Source: Lytechinus pictus (Eukaryota). From it: 64,000 nt of DNA. Both the position numbers and the translations under genes were made by a program. Of this stretch, positions 12,543 through 25,935 are shown piece after piece; within the stretch, counting starts at the first letter, position 1, and every line of letters starts with the position of its first letter. A model generated the notes under the pieces. That model was not told the DNA's origin and searched no databases. It saw nothing but the letters and a program-made list of their open reading frames with translations. Location of the stretch: contig NC_087252.1 in NCBI RefSeq assembly GCF_037042905.1, forward strand, positions 7,566,001 through 7,630,000, written 5' to 3'.

Positions 12543-13919
12543 ATCTTCTGAAAAATGCAATTAATTATGCAGTCTAGCTTCCAGGTCTATCAGAGCACTG
12601 CTATCTCCATCTACATATAACTAAAACAATTTGTGCCAGTTTGTTGTGCCAGAATTAATGTTCCCAAGGGTGAGTACTGTACATTACTCTTGGCTGAAAA
12701 TTATGTGATTTGAACAAATAAGAGTAAATCAAGCAAAACGCTGAAACTTGTCATGAAAATTGGACAAGGAATAACAAATATAGCACTTCAAAACTTTTTG
12801 CATTATTTATAGTATTATCAGTTCAAGGCATGTCTTCAGGAATATATGCAATGAGCAAGCTGATGGTGCCATCTCTCAACTTACTCTCTGGTATTTTATT
12901 GTCATGAAATTATCTATTAATGTTATTTAGTTTGTTTTCCACGGTCTGATACAGGGGTTAGCGATATTAAATTGGAACAACTTTTACTTGAATATCTCAA
13001 ACATAGACAATTTTAGACATTTATCTACACGGTCCATCCTGGTCCCTATAGGCTACATGTATATGCCTACCACCAAAATGAGATTCCATGGAAAAGTCTC
13101 TTCAATGACATTGCGAAAGTAAATTCACAATAGAGAATATTAACTGATGTATGTGATAATTGACTGATGACGTCATGCACTCACATACAAACAGCTGTGT
13201 TTTAGAGCCAGTATCAGGTTACCTCAAATGATGTTCGTGTAGGCTCCACTTCACTACCGCTACACCTACCTGAACATCAAGGTGGTGAACTCGCTCTGAT
13301 ACTCTGAGTGACAAAGGAGGGATTTTATGGGGGGAAAATATAAAACTCATGCACCAACACGACCTTTAAAAGAATAATCAACTTATCTTCCTACTTTTCA
13401 TTCTAATTTCACTCCATATCCATCCTCCGGTTAGTCTCAAAATTGGTGATTTAGAGCCAGTATCGGGTTCCTCACACGTATTAATTCACTGCCGATTCCA
13501 AAACATCGCAAACACAAATTGTGCATGCGCGGAAATCGCAACTCAATTTATGAATATTCATGACAGGACTATAAATCGGGATCATTTCGTATTTGCACGC
13601 ACAGATATCTCAATATGCGTCATGTAGCCTTGCTTGGTGAAGAACAAAGAGAAATAAGATGGCGACTAAACATCGCGCCAGGTTTTCCCCGTCTTTTCAT
13701 AATATTTTTCTTGTTTTCTTAATGAATTCTTGGTAAAAAATTTAATCAATGTCGTATAAATGTCGGAAATGATGTTGTATCCCATTTACATGATTTAGGG
13801 CGAGATCTTTAAGAAGGAAAGTAACTTAGACATGTTAGATCTAGTCTAAGTTAGAAATCTCGAGAGTCGGGGGCGAAAATTTCAGTTTTTTTTGTGGTAC
13901 ACGCACATGAATATGAATG

Positions 13920-15199
13920 CAGGGGGACCAGACATCCGTATTTCCTGGGATCATCCCGTATTTTGCTCCTATGTCCCGGCGTCCCTACACACCCTTCCCG
14001 GGACGCCTATTTGTCCCGTATTTCAGAATATTGAACAAAATGTAGTTAATACATTTAATAGTGACAAATTTTCATCAAATAACCAACAGATGACGAAGCA
14101 GAGACAACAATAAAATCGATAACTAAACTTTTTAAAGTTCTGCAGTGATTTTCTTGCTAACCCAATCAATACATTGCAAATGAACTGGCCTCCTGCCTGT
14201 GTGTGGCAGGCTACTATACTATAGCAAGGCATGTAGGATCGGAGCAGATTCTCAAAGGTGCAAACAATGACATGATAAAACAGTTTTTCCATCAAAATAA
14301 TCACAAAATCAGAGAGAAAATTATATAATTATATTATGGAAAAATAGATCGTTATTTCAGCTTTCATTTTGAGTCTTGTTGTATATGATGCCGCGACGTT
14401 TCATCTAAATTTTAAGTTGACAAGGTTTCACTTTGAAATTTTATTCATTTCTAAAACATTTAATTTTTCTAATTTCAAAAATATATTTAAAAAACACCAA
14501 ATATTATTTTTGTTTGCTTGAAGTTTGAACTTTTTCCCACTTTTCTATCCTTTCTCCATCCTTCTATCCTTCCTGTTTGCCCTTTTTTTGTTCCATAGCT
14601 ATCTTTATTTCCTATCTTTCTTTCCTGATCCTTTCTCTCTCTCTGTATTCATTTTTCTTTTTTTCCTTCTTTCTCTTACCTGCCTTCTTTATTAAATTTC
14701 CTTCATTCTTTTTCTCCTTTCTTTGCTTCATTCTCCCTTCCTCTCCTTCCATTATTTACTTTTTTTTTCATTCTCTCTTCATTCTTTATTTCATTTTCCT
14801 TCTACAATGTAATTCTTTTCCCTTATTCTTTCTTTCCTTCCCTCCCTTCCTGTTTTTCTTATTTCTTTCTTTCAAAGAATGAGACATTTCCTCCTCCTTT
14901 TTTCTTTCCCTCCTTTATTTTGTCTTTCACACATTTATTCATCTTCCCTTCCTTTCTTTTTATATTCAATTCGACGGAAACCTTTTTTCTCTTTTATTCT
15001 TTCATCCTTCTTTTATTTTATTCTAATTTATTTTTTCCTTCATTTTCCCCTTCATTATTTCTTTCTCTTCTTCATTCTTTTGTTCACCCTCCCTTCCAAT
15101 TCTTTATATTTTTTCACAAGTCTAACACTGACACGCCTTCTTGTTGATTGTCCCGTAATCTGCATTTCATTTTGTGAAAACTGAAATCTGGTCACCCTG
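13920..15199. mobile_element. Non-autonomous hAT (Blackjack-like termini) element with pyrimidine-rich interior
   Basis: Ends CAGGGGGACCAGA / TCTGGTCACCCTG with repeated tcccgta subterminal motifs. A homologous copy lies at ~38885-41256. No clean TSD. Confidence 0.65.
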
Positions 15200-15369
15200 C
15201 ACGACTCCATGACCATGACCATGAGCCATAAATGGGACGCAATCCCTGGCTCCGTGGGCGTGGATAGTAAGCACACATTAGTAAATGATTTTTACTCTCT
15301 AGGACTAGAGCCTCCTGGCTAAGAGTAAGACAATCTTCATTACGCCCAGGCCCCGCCCAGTCCCTCCCA

Positions 15370-15750
15370 CCAGCGCATCAACGACTGCACCACTGCCCAG
15401 ACCAGTCGGTCAAGCCAGCGCCAGACGTCTGTCTGTGACTGTGGCTGAGGCGGCGTCACGCGAAAGCGAACAGCAGCAAAAACGCGCAGAACATTTTTGA
15501 TACTCATTTCCTAGGACGTTTTGACTCAATTAAGTAGCAAATACAGATGTCTCACAATACAATAAAATATATGATACATATCATGGGACATACCTTGTTC
15601 AAAATCGTTGATTCACGCAAAAAATACGGGTTTGTAATGCCGGATCTTCACAGAAAATGACCGTGACATGACATGACCTTGATTCAGTGTGGTATCCTCG
15701 AAAACGCAAAAAAAATAATAAATACCGGATCGCCGGAGCTTTCCTGCCGC
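15370..15750 (-). promoter_or_regulatory. Putative promoter / non-coding first exon of PRDM-like copy 1 (donor at 15594/15593)
   Basis: CpG-containing block alignable to 26797-27180 upstream of copy 2 (shared gattcacgcaaaaaatacgg...gccggatcttca...tgaccgtgac...tgaccttgattc). Minus-strand donor GAACAAG|GTATG. The ATG exon has its own upstream acceptor at 12271/12272, so a 5' exon is required. Confidence 0.55.
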
Positions 15751-16557
15751 AAATAACATTCAAAACAGTATAACAAATAAAGATGTTTTGGACGGGGTTT
15801 TGGAAAGATTATTCCCTAAATTAACCATGCATAAAAGAAAGTAATAAATATGATATAAGAGTCACACATTTACCAGATGTGAGGGCCAGTTCTTGTCCCC
15901 TTCTTGTCTAAAGTAATGTAAAATCAAATTTAACAGTTTGAATAATTTTTCATATTTTGTCAAGTCTTTTTACTTGCGATGTTGTATTGACATTTCATAG
16001 AAACAATTATGATTTAGAAATTTAAACAATACAGGTGTCATGAACAGCTTAAAAAAAAATGTAGCTAGGGGAGCAGGGGGTGCATGGATATAGCATTTTC
16101 TGCATGAGATTACTTATTTTAAGTATTTCCTTGGTAGGTTCGGACGGTGCCATTATTGGCAGCTATAAGGCTATTGACTGACCCTCTAAATTACTTAGTG
16201 GTTAAAAGGGGGGAAAATAGAAAAAAAGTTATGCAGTGTTCCCCCCAGAGTCCAAACTTCTCTCCCTATTTCTTTAAATCTCGATCTCTCATCTTTCTTT
16301 GCTCACTCCCATCCCTATTTCCAGTTCACTCACTCTCGACTTATCTGCTTCTTCTTCCTCACTCTCTCGATCACTCTACCCCCCAATTTTTCCCACTCTA
16401 TCCCTTTGCCAAAAGCCAATCTCCTTTCCACTATTCCTTCCACCCCGTCTCCTTTTAATCTCTCATCTTTCTATTCCCCATCCCATCCTTATTTCTGGCT
16501 GTCTCACTCTCTATTTAGCCTTTTATTCTTCTTCCTCTCTCTCTATCACCCACTTCC

Positions 16558-16698
16558 CAGGGGTCGCGGAACATTTTTCAAAGTGGGGGGCTGGCCATGC
16601 AAAAAATCACAATCATATGGTCTTTTTCACGTTTTTGTACACGGTTTTGGAAAAAAGTGGGGGGGGGGGGGTGAAGCCCCCCACTTCCGCGACCCCTG
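16558..16698. mobile_element. Short hAT-type MITE
   Basis: TIRs CAGGGGTCGCGGAA / TTCCGCGACCCCTG. Confidence 0.65.
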
Positions 16699-16771
16699 CT
16701 TTCCCCACTCAATCCCTCTGCCGAAAGCCAATCTCCTTTGCCATGCTCTATCCACACCCCTCTCCCTTTAA

Positions 16772-17160
16772 AGGCCTCCGTACACCTTACGACTGGTCAA
16801 CATTTTGCTTGTTTTATGAAAATGTGAATAAAAATTATACTTTTATTTTTGGTGCAAATTAAACTGTAAGAATACTTATATAACAATTTTGTATTATTAA
16901 GCCTTTATTTTTAGGTAAATTCCAAATAAGTTTCAGATCAGCCAGTCGTAGGTCTACAATTGCTATGATGTTGTTACTACTTATTCCTTTTGCCTTTAAT
17001 CAAATAAAGATGGCAACATGGTCAAAGATTTGAAAATAAATATTCATACGGTGATTTAGAACTTTAAACAGTAAGATGTTCCATGTGTCAATATTCGCAT
17101 CAAATTTTATGTTTTATTCCCAAATAGAGTCGCAGACCAGTCGTAAGGTGTGCGGGGGGC
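16772..17160. mobile_element. MITE flanked by TTAA
   Basis: TIRs ggcctccgtacaccttacgactggtc / gaccagtcgtaaggtgtgcggggggc. Confidence 0.7.
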
Positions 17161-17542
17161 TTAAATCTCTCATCTTTCTACATCTCCTTCCATCCTTGTT
17201 TCAAGCACCCTCACCTTCTAGATATCTTTATATTAGTCTTCTTCTAATCAGTAGGCCTCTTCTTCCTCTCTCACTATCTCTACCCCCCCCCCTTTCCCCA
17301 GCCTATACCTTTGCACAAAGCCAATCTCATCTTAATACCCCTCTCCAAAAGACACTACAAGGGAAAGATTGGGTACTAAATCTGAAAAACTAGAGAAGGG
17401 CGTCCAATATTGTCATTGGTGACAAGAAATTTACCAGTTAGGGTTAGGTTTGCAATAGGGTATAGTGTTAAACCCAGGGTTGAAGTTGGTAATTTGATTA
17501 GTGTGTGGAATTTAGAGCAGACCAATTGAAACAATTGTCATC

Positions 17543-17693
17543 AGGGTTCCGTTTCATAAAGACTTGGTATACCAAATGCACCATTTCTATATAAAATTCA
17601 CTATCAGCCAATCAAATTGGCAGATTTCAGTAGCTTTAAACTGTTGTTGCAAATTTGCTACTGTACTAACAAGTTTTATGAAATGGGCCCCAG
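17543..17693. mobile_element. Short MITE (Harbinger-like); related partial copies at ~1647-1780 and ~37211-37300
   Basis: Ends cagggttccgtttcataaagactt / aagttttatgaaatgggccccag. Confidence 0.6.
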
Positions 17694-18795
17694 GTCTATA
17701 TAACATCATGGGGGAATAAGAAAACTGGGTGAAGGACACATTTTGAAATATTGACTAAATTGTATACTATTACTAACAAATTAAATGTAAATATATCTTA
17801 TCAGGATTTACAGGAAAGGGGAAGAGGAACTATCCCCTTGCCCCTCCCTCAACTCCTCTATCACCCCCCCTTATGGTTTATACCAATTGCTATTGGGCAC
17901 CATTCCTCATTTTAAAATTAAGCGATTCACAAAAGTGTCCAGTTTCACCTTTCAATGTCTTTGCCCTCTCTATAACTTAATTACTGTGATTCAGAAAATG
18001 CCAAGCATGTCATGTAAGGACGAAGACATACCAAAATATTTATTTCTGACATAAAGTTACAAATTGCACTGCCATAAAGCAATTATGAAATGATTTTCAT
18101 CTGTTTACAATCCAAACACTCCGCCTCCTGAGACTTGAAGACCCTTCTAAAAATGGGCTTTATCCACTCAAGCACTGGAGAAATGTTGCATCTCTCTGTA
18201 CCTTCTACCGTCACTTCTTCCTGAAACTATCCCTTGAGTTGTGTGGAATGGCCCCCAATGTCCATTTGACTCGCTCTACTGCAGCTGCCCACCCCTACAG
18301 AGTCACTGTCCCAATGTCAAATACTTCTCTTCATCAATCTTCATATATTCCAAGGACGGCTCGGCTGTGGAATTTACTTCCGCCAACACATTCCCTTTAG
18401 CTCCCAAAATGGACAAATTTAAGAAGTGTTAATTCATATTCTAATTAGCTTGATGTAAAACCTTGTTTTTTTTATTTAATTATGTTTTTTTACATAGCAG
18501 TCATGGGCCATATTTTCATCATTTAATGATGGCAACATCAGGCCCAAAGAACAATCTTAAAAAAGGAAAAACGTTTGGCAATAATTATATTAGTTTTAAT
18601 ACATAGACCATATAAAGTTCTTTGCCCCTTTCTTTAAAAAAAAATTAACTCCTATTCAAGGCCATCAATCCCACCATTTTTTTTCAAGGAGTTTGTGCAT
18701 TTACTGTAAAATCAAATTAAATTTACAATGCATAAACATAATCGTAATATGACAATAAAATACATTGCAAAGTGACTGAGTTATAACAGAGGAGC

Positions 18796-19090
18796 AATAA
18801 TAATAATAATAATAATAATATAGAGTATTTATAAAGCGCCAAATCCACATTGATTATGTGCTCAAGGCGCTGAAATATACTTGGTATATTATTATTACCC
18901 CGGCTGTAGCTGAGCGGCCTTATAGGCGCTAAAGCATTCAAGGAATAAATCCTACCGGGTACCCATTCACCTCACCTGGGTCGAGTGCAACACAATGTGG
19001 ATAAATTTCTTGCCGAAGGAAATTACGCCATGGCTGGGATTCGAACCCACGACCCTCTGTTTCAAAGTCCGAAGACTAATCCACTGGGCA
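18796..19090 (-). mobile_element. tRNA-derived SINE family A (5' end slightly truncated) with (TTA)n tail
   Basis: Minus strand: CCCAGTGGATTAG...GGTTCGAATCCC (A/B boxes), body ACCCAGGTGAGGTGAATGGGTACC, then a simple-repeat tail. Second copy at 21686. Confidence 0.8.
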
Positions 19091-19329
19091 ATAACTAAAT
19101 TTAGAAATATATAAGCATAATAAGATGATGAATGAAAAAATGCAGCGGCAACTAAATAAGCAAGAGAAATGCTTGAGTAACAGCATTCAAGAGAGAGCTT
19201 TTGGAATACAAACACCATGGCTGTCAGGTGAGGTGCACGTTGACACAAAAATTGTACATGTTTAATACAGTATTACATAGAAGCCATGACCCGAATTCCA
19301 GATTAATGCTAATAGTAATAAGAGATTAT

Positions 19330-22300
19330 TTAAGAGCTGATTGTCTGTGGCTGATCCTCTCCCTCCAGTCTATGCCTAGCCATGTGATAGTTGTACCGAT
19401 GATTCAATGCAAAGCTTTTACCACAGATTCCACAGGAGAAAGGTTTGGTCTTAATATGCATGGCTTGATTGTGCGCAGCCAGAGAGGTAACGGACGTGAA
19501 ACCCTTCCCACAATCTAGGCAAACATGTTGCCTGATACCCTTGTGACGCCTTTCATGGACCTTCAAGTCCCACTTATCGGCAAAACCTTTCTCACAGAAG
19601 GTGCAGATGAAGCGCTTCGGGCGCTCACTGTGCACGCGTCTCTTGTGGCTAAGAGTCAACTTCCTAGTTCTGAATCCTCGGTCACAGATGTCACATTTGA
19701 ATGGTTTGAGTCCTGTGTGTTCTCCTTGATGGTTGTTAAGGGCGCTCTCTGAAGCAAAACTCTTTGGACACTCTGTGCACGGATACATGTTCACATACTT
19801 ATGTGCAGCGAGGTGACTATTGAGACGACTGATGGTGCTGAATACCTTGGTACAATAGCTGCATTTGAAATCCCCCTCGCCCATGTGAACCTCTTTTTCA
19901 TGGTACTCAGCTGCTAACCTTTTAGCATATCTCTTCGTGCAAAAGCGACATTTATAAGGATGTTTGTAATAACTAGAAGATCTACCAAGCATATCCTTTG
20001 GCTCATCAGGTGCCGGTTCTGAGGGTTGAATGCCAGGGGGTTCCCCGCTATTTGCTGGACGGGCATTGGTCATTCCAGAAGACATAGTCTCTGTTGCACC
20101 AGATGATTTAAATGCTTGGTGTGTCTGCTCATGTTTTACACAATCTTTCTTGTTCGGGAATCTTTCCCCGCAGTATTCACAGCGATGCCCATGAACCCTC
20201 CTCTTGTGCCTAGTGACCGAACGCACACATTTGTAAACTTTATTGCACTCACTGCATTCAAACATTTTATTTGTGTGTTCTTTGAAAGGTTCTGTAGAAT
20301 CTTCCTCAATTTCTGTAGACGCCTCCTCTTTCTCGTGGAATAGCTCATGTGCCTTTAGTCTGGCGAAAGAAGGGAAGGTCTCCTGACAAGTTTTACACTT
20401 AAATTTGGATTTGTCCTGATCATTCACTTTCAGCTGACTTCCTAGTTGCTTTTTGGAGCTGACTTCAATCGCCACAGATTTCCTTTTCTTCCTTTTCTTC
20501 CAAGTAACTACTGGAACCATCTCTTCCGGTTTGCCATGGTTGTGTTCACATCTGATATGTCTCAGGATTAATTTGGGGGATGTGAACATGTCCTCACACA
20601 GGCTACATTGGAACTTTTGTGAATCTGAAAAAAAAATGGAAAAACATTCAATTTTACAATCTCTAGCTGATTTTATTCATCATTATTTTGGTGTCCAGCA
20701 AGGCTCAATGCTAGGTACACACATGTTCCTATCAAATACCACATTGTGGACCATTTCAACTCATGAAGGCCCATTTGTTTTGTTAATGAACTTTGACTGT
20801 TTTTATTGCAGAGTGTCCAACATGTATATCTAGAAAGCAAAGTGTGATGCATGTTGTAACATCAAGGAAAAGGCACTATACCACATTTTGAAGGGTTGCA
20901 TTGGACCCTTTATATTTATCATTATTTATACAAGTCAAATAAATCTTTATAATCTATATCTAAATCAAAGTGTCCAATTACCTTCATGAAACTTCAGATC
21001 TTCCAGTGCCATCTCAATACCAACACACTTCCCATAATCCTTGCTATAGAACACTCTCAGTTCACTTCCTGGGTCAATGACCTTTGTGCTTCGAAAGTAG
21101 ATATCGCCGCAGTACTGATACGCCTCTATGTTTTGCTCCTCATCGCTATGTGCAAACCTCAGATGAGACATCCAAGTCTTCTGCCCATCGATGTAGAAGA
21201 AAACTTTCCCTGTGATACAAAGCTGTAATTCAGATAAAAATTATGAGGGTGTTGCAGTAAACATATTTGTAAATTGTAATCAATTACAAATAATAGCTAC
21301 AGTTTTACAAACAATAGATACTTGTCAGTTTCTGTTTCAAGAAGCAGATCAGTATAAAATCACAAGATTTACTAATGTGATTTACTTGGAACATAAAATT
21401 GACATACTATCCTTTTTTTTTGGGGGGGGGGGGGGCATCGGCCACCTGCTTCGTTCCCAAACTGTGTAAAAAAAAACTAAAAATGACCATCTGATTGTGA
21501 TTTTTGCATGGTCAGCCCCACAGCCCCTGGAAAAGTAAATGTCATCATGATTCAAACTACTTCTTGTATATCCAGGATATAACAGTATTTCTATGCCCAT
21601 ATGATCACACTATCATCAGATGAGATGGGAAGGGGCGGGGTTGGGGGAGGACTGGGAGCCACCCCCCCCCCACCACACCTATATGGTGGAGCGTTGTGGC
21701 CCAGTGGATTAGTCTTCTGACTTTGAAACAGAGGGTCGTGGGTTCGAATCCCAGCCATGGCGTAATTTTTTCAGCAAGAAATTCATCCACATTGTGCTGC
21801 ACTCAAGCCAGGTGAGGTGAATGGGTACCTGGCAGAAATTTATTCCTTGAAATGCGTGTGCGCTGTAATCTTAGTAATTACGGCTGCCAAGCTACAGCTG
21901 GGGTAATAATATCCAAGTCCTTTGGAAGCGCATAGAGACATTATCCATAATGAGATATGCGCTATACAAGAACTGTATATTGAAAGGTTTTACGGTAAAC
22001 ACCATGTATGTAGTCCTGAAAAGGACTGTTTGTTATTCTTTCTTGAATATATGTTAGCTCTGAAAAGTCTTTTCAGAGCTAACATATATTCAAGAAAGAA
22101 TAATTAACAGTCCTTTTCAGGACTACATACATGGTGTTTACCGTAAAACCTTTCAATATTCTCTCCACCATGGAAACCTTCAAAAATCAAGAACTGTATA
22201 TTATTATTATTATATCCCACTGAGTAGGCTCTACACAAAAACAAATGTTTACCTCCCAAGTTGTTTCCCTTGCAAAACCCTGTTCCTCATTCATCAAGAT

Positions 22301-24793
22301 TCCTACGTAGGGTCCAAATTCTGTCCCCTTCTCTATCGTTTCCTTGGCGAATACTCCATCCACTTTGTCCTGTGATGGCACCCTTAGCTCGAGGGATGGT
22401 GGTATCTCCATAACAGAGCTAACTTTTTTCAGTTTGAGAGCTGCCAGCAGCTGTGGTTCCTTGGTAGAACTGCTTGGAGATCGTGGTGTTGGCCTGGCCT
22501 CCTTTTCCTCATCTTTATCTCCCTGGGACTGCACTTGTTTAGAACCTGAAGCAGCGTCTGTGTCAAGGATAAATGAAAATTATGGGAAACATAGCCTTTA
22601 GACACGGCCCCATTTCTGAAATGAAGCGTATATCAGAAACCAAGCGACTAGTATGAAAAGACTTATCATTCAAACCTGGGTGAACAAGAATCCACTGGGC
22701 CTCTAGGAAACTGATTTTAATATCTTTGGCCACTATCTCCGGCTTGAATTCAATACCCAAAGGGTAGCATCCTATTGTTTGCATTGATGAACCTCGTATG
22801 ACCCCGTAACACAAAAGTGAATATACCCAGTCCAATGACATCAGCAATGATAGTGCGCATTGGCATGCTCATGAATAATTCATAGCAAATAGTGAAAGCT
22901 AGGTTCCAAGATCTCCCGCACACACAGGTTTCATCCGCTCTCTTCTTTGACTGCTATTCTCATTTCAGGCACTACTTGACGATTGATTGATTGATTCATT
23001 CATTTATTCATGTATCGTTTCAGCCACTACTTGACAAAGAATATATCCAAGTCACAAGGCCTCATCAAAAGGCTACCAAACACAGAAATATTCAATGTAA
23101 GCTATCAGATTATTTGATATTCAGAAAGAGTATCACAGAATCTTGGTCAACTGAATGGTTCTTCTTCAACTGTACTCACACTAAAAACAGGGCAAATAAG
23201 AGGTAACACGCAGATACTACTGGCTTGACAGTTTGGGTCAAGTGAAGTCCCATGCATGGTGCAGTACATGACTTTGAGAAGAATTGAGTTAATTTGTTAT
23301 AATTTGGTAATTTCTGCAAAATGACTGCACAATTTTGGACATCTATCATTTAACAATGCAAGTGCCAATTCCCAATTTGAAAGGCTAATCAGAGCCCCCC
23401 TCCCCTTCTCCCCAGTCACACAGAATTGAAGATCATATGCAATATGCCATTCCATATACTAAAAAATGTGTTTTCTATTTAAGTTGATAAAGTCTGAATT
23501 CATAATTTAGTGTGAAAATGGTATCCCTGCAGAAGCAAACAGAAAAAAAATCCTACGTCCTATTGTCACTTTGAGAAATCAGGGACTAATTCATTATTAT
23601 GACAGGTTAAAAAAAAGGATTGTCGATTCATCGTAACCTTTACCTGTAGTAGGTGGAATGTTGCTCTCTGATGATGATTCATGAGTTGCAGTCAGTGGAA
23701 TGGCAGCATCCGGAGAAATGTCACGATTAGTGGAGGCTGATCCGAGACTTGTGGTTGGTAAGTTGGTTGTTTCTACATCTGGTTCTTGGGTTGTGAGGGG
23801 TGGCGTGAAATTCTCTTGAAGACCTGGATACTTGGCCCTGTGACCTCCGTATGCGATTGGTCGTTGAGGAAGGGTATGATGCAAATGCTTTGCAGATGAA
23901 TGCGCAGGCCCAGAATCTATTACAAAGGAAATCGTTTGAACAAAAATATCAAGAAAAAAAAAAGAGGAACTTGACTTTTTGGGGAGACTACAATTTTTTA
24001 TATTTTCATCATAATGTTCATTTGATGAGAGTCCTAAAAGGAGTGTTCATGTATAGATCAAACTTTAGCCATTTTGACTGGGGCTTTATTTAAAGATTTA
24101 CCGCCAAATTAAATGCATAAATTAGAAGATAGGGTCAAGAAAAAGAGGCATTTGAAATGATTTTGAGGGTAAATAAACATACTTTATAGAAGTTTTCCTC
24201 TTAATCAAAATATAATTTTCCTTGGTTTTATCACCAGACGGTCACCAGTTCTTAATTCAGCTGTCAATGTCATTTCAAGAGGGGCAACAGAAATCTCAAC
24301 AATTAGGCACCCCTTCTCTGCACCCCCCCCCCTTAAACACCCCACTTTAAACCAGGAACCAATTTAAGATTTTAAGGCAAACAGCCAATACAAAAAACAA
24401 CAGCCAAACATTACAAAATAAGCTGAGTTTAAAACTGGAATGAAGGGAAAAAGGTGGGGATAATAGGAATTTGAAGATAAAGGAAGTGAACTGAAGGGAA
24501 TGGGTAGGTGTCCACAGCACCTCACCCCCAATCTTTTTTTTTACAATCTTACCATGATAGACTGGTGTGAACATCTGTGTGACTGGGTGTGGCAAGGGGA
24601 ATACCCTGGTTGGCTGGTCCTCCATATAATCAGCCTGGTGTTGTGACGGTGTGTGGTATGGTATTGGCAAATCAAAAGGATAGTGGGCAACATGTTGCTG
24701 TTGCGATGGTTGTTGTGGCTGTGGTTGCTGTTGCCCAGTTTCTTGTTGCTCCCTCTCAGGAAGGTGGAAACCAGGTGGAAAGTTTCCTTCCAT
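19330..24793 (-). CDS. PR/SET-domain C2H2 zinc-finger protein (PRDM-like), tandem copy 2, ~784 aa, 5 coding exons
   Basis: Inferred exons 24793-24553, 23916-23644, 22557-22253, 21222-20982 and 20624-19330. GT-AG, 2355 nt in frame. Close paralog of copy 1: the PR exon is nearly identical and introns are partly alignable. 11 C2H2 fingers. Confidence 0.9.
21686..22213 (+). mobile_element. tRNA-derived SINE family A, tail interrupted by a palindromic insertion
   Basis: GTGGCCCAGTGG (A box) and GGTTCGAATCCC (B box), with the same body as 18796-19090. The (tta)n tail resumes at ~22200. Confidence 0.8.
21977..22159. repeat. Near-perfect 183-bp palindrome
   Basis: About 91-bp arms around a 1-nt centre (ctctgaaaag-t-cttttcagag) with a single 2-nt mismatch. 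Flanked by the 15-bp direct repeat caagaactgtatatt. Confidence 0.9.
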
Positions 24794-25198
24794 GGCTATT
24801 AGGGCTACATGTAGCGTGCAAGACCTGAAAATGAAATATTATTATTATTTATGATGAAGTGAAAATATGGTAACATGAACATGATTGGCTGGCGCATTCG
24901 TATGCTGGGTCAAATCACTATAATGGGCTGGAAACAGAGGGAAAATAAAAGCACATAATTTCCATCCATTATAGTAAAATCTTACAGAAGACTACGTATG
25001 GCTTACCATTCCTATGCAAATACTTTCATCAGAAGTGGGGGAGTATTATCAAACACTCACAATGACTGAATGTATGTAACAGGGACGGACAAACGCGCTT
25101 ACATTTAAAAAAAAAAAATCCGGGGACCATTTTTTTAAATCTTATCTTTTTTTTTTAACTTGTAATGTTATTTTATTCTATTTCTATGTATTTATTTC

Positions 25199-25229
<31 letters not shown>

Positions 25230-25935
25230 TCTTTTTGGGGGAGGGGGGGGGGGTTATCAGTGACAAGCTGTTCATAATAAAAGTAATAGGCTAACAGTGC
25301 TTATTCCAAGGTCCCCAATTCTTTGTATCTGTGTTGTTAACTGGCCTTACATTGCATTGCAGGAAAATGCAACTTAATTTTACAAATTTTCATGGGGGTT
25401 AATTTGGCAACGACCTCTAGGCCTATACCAAAAAGAATGGTGTTTTAGATGCAAGAAAACGCCATTTTCACACACAGATTTTCAAAAATTTTCCCTACTG
25501 TGGGAGGGGGGACACCCCCCTCCCACACCCTCCCCCCTCGCTCGCTTGGACTCGGTCGCTACGCTGTACGCTCCCTCGCATACCACCCCAACCCCCCCCC
25601 TTTATAAAAAGCTGGATCCGCCCTAGACAGCTGGCAGCCGTCTGTTTCGAGGAGTTTTTTAACATTTTTTTTTTTATTCTCCTCGTACACAGACGGCTCG
25701 CTAGCGTGCAGCCACCATTAGGGGACTTGCAATGCGAAATCCCCCCGTCGGGGCTCTTCAATTTTTGTCTTTAATGAATAAAAATTTTGAAAATTAACGC
25801 GACCAAAATGCAAATTAATATTCCCTCTTGGCATTAATTGCCCAAAAACGGAGAAAAATCAAGTTAAAAGGAACAAAAACAGTGACTTACCTCGGCTGTC
25901 GCGCAAATTCACTTCCCCGTTTTATCCGATCTTAA

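Noticed and set aside
14577..15184. Phe/Leu/Ser-rich hydrophobic ORFs here and at 40405-41039, 16147-16862 and 1128-2061
   Set aside because: Artefacts of pyrimidine-rich low-complexity DNA, not membrane proteins.
22010..22110. Hammerhead ribozyme within the palindrome
   Set aside because: The core reads CTGAAAAG rather than CTGANGA, and no compatible three-stem fold was found.
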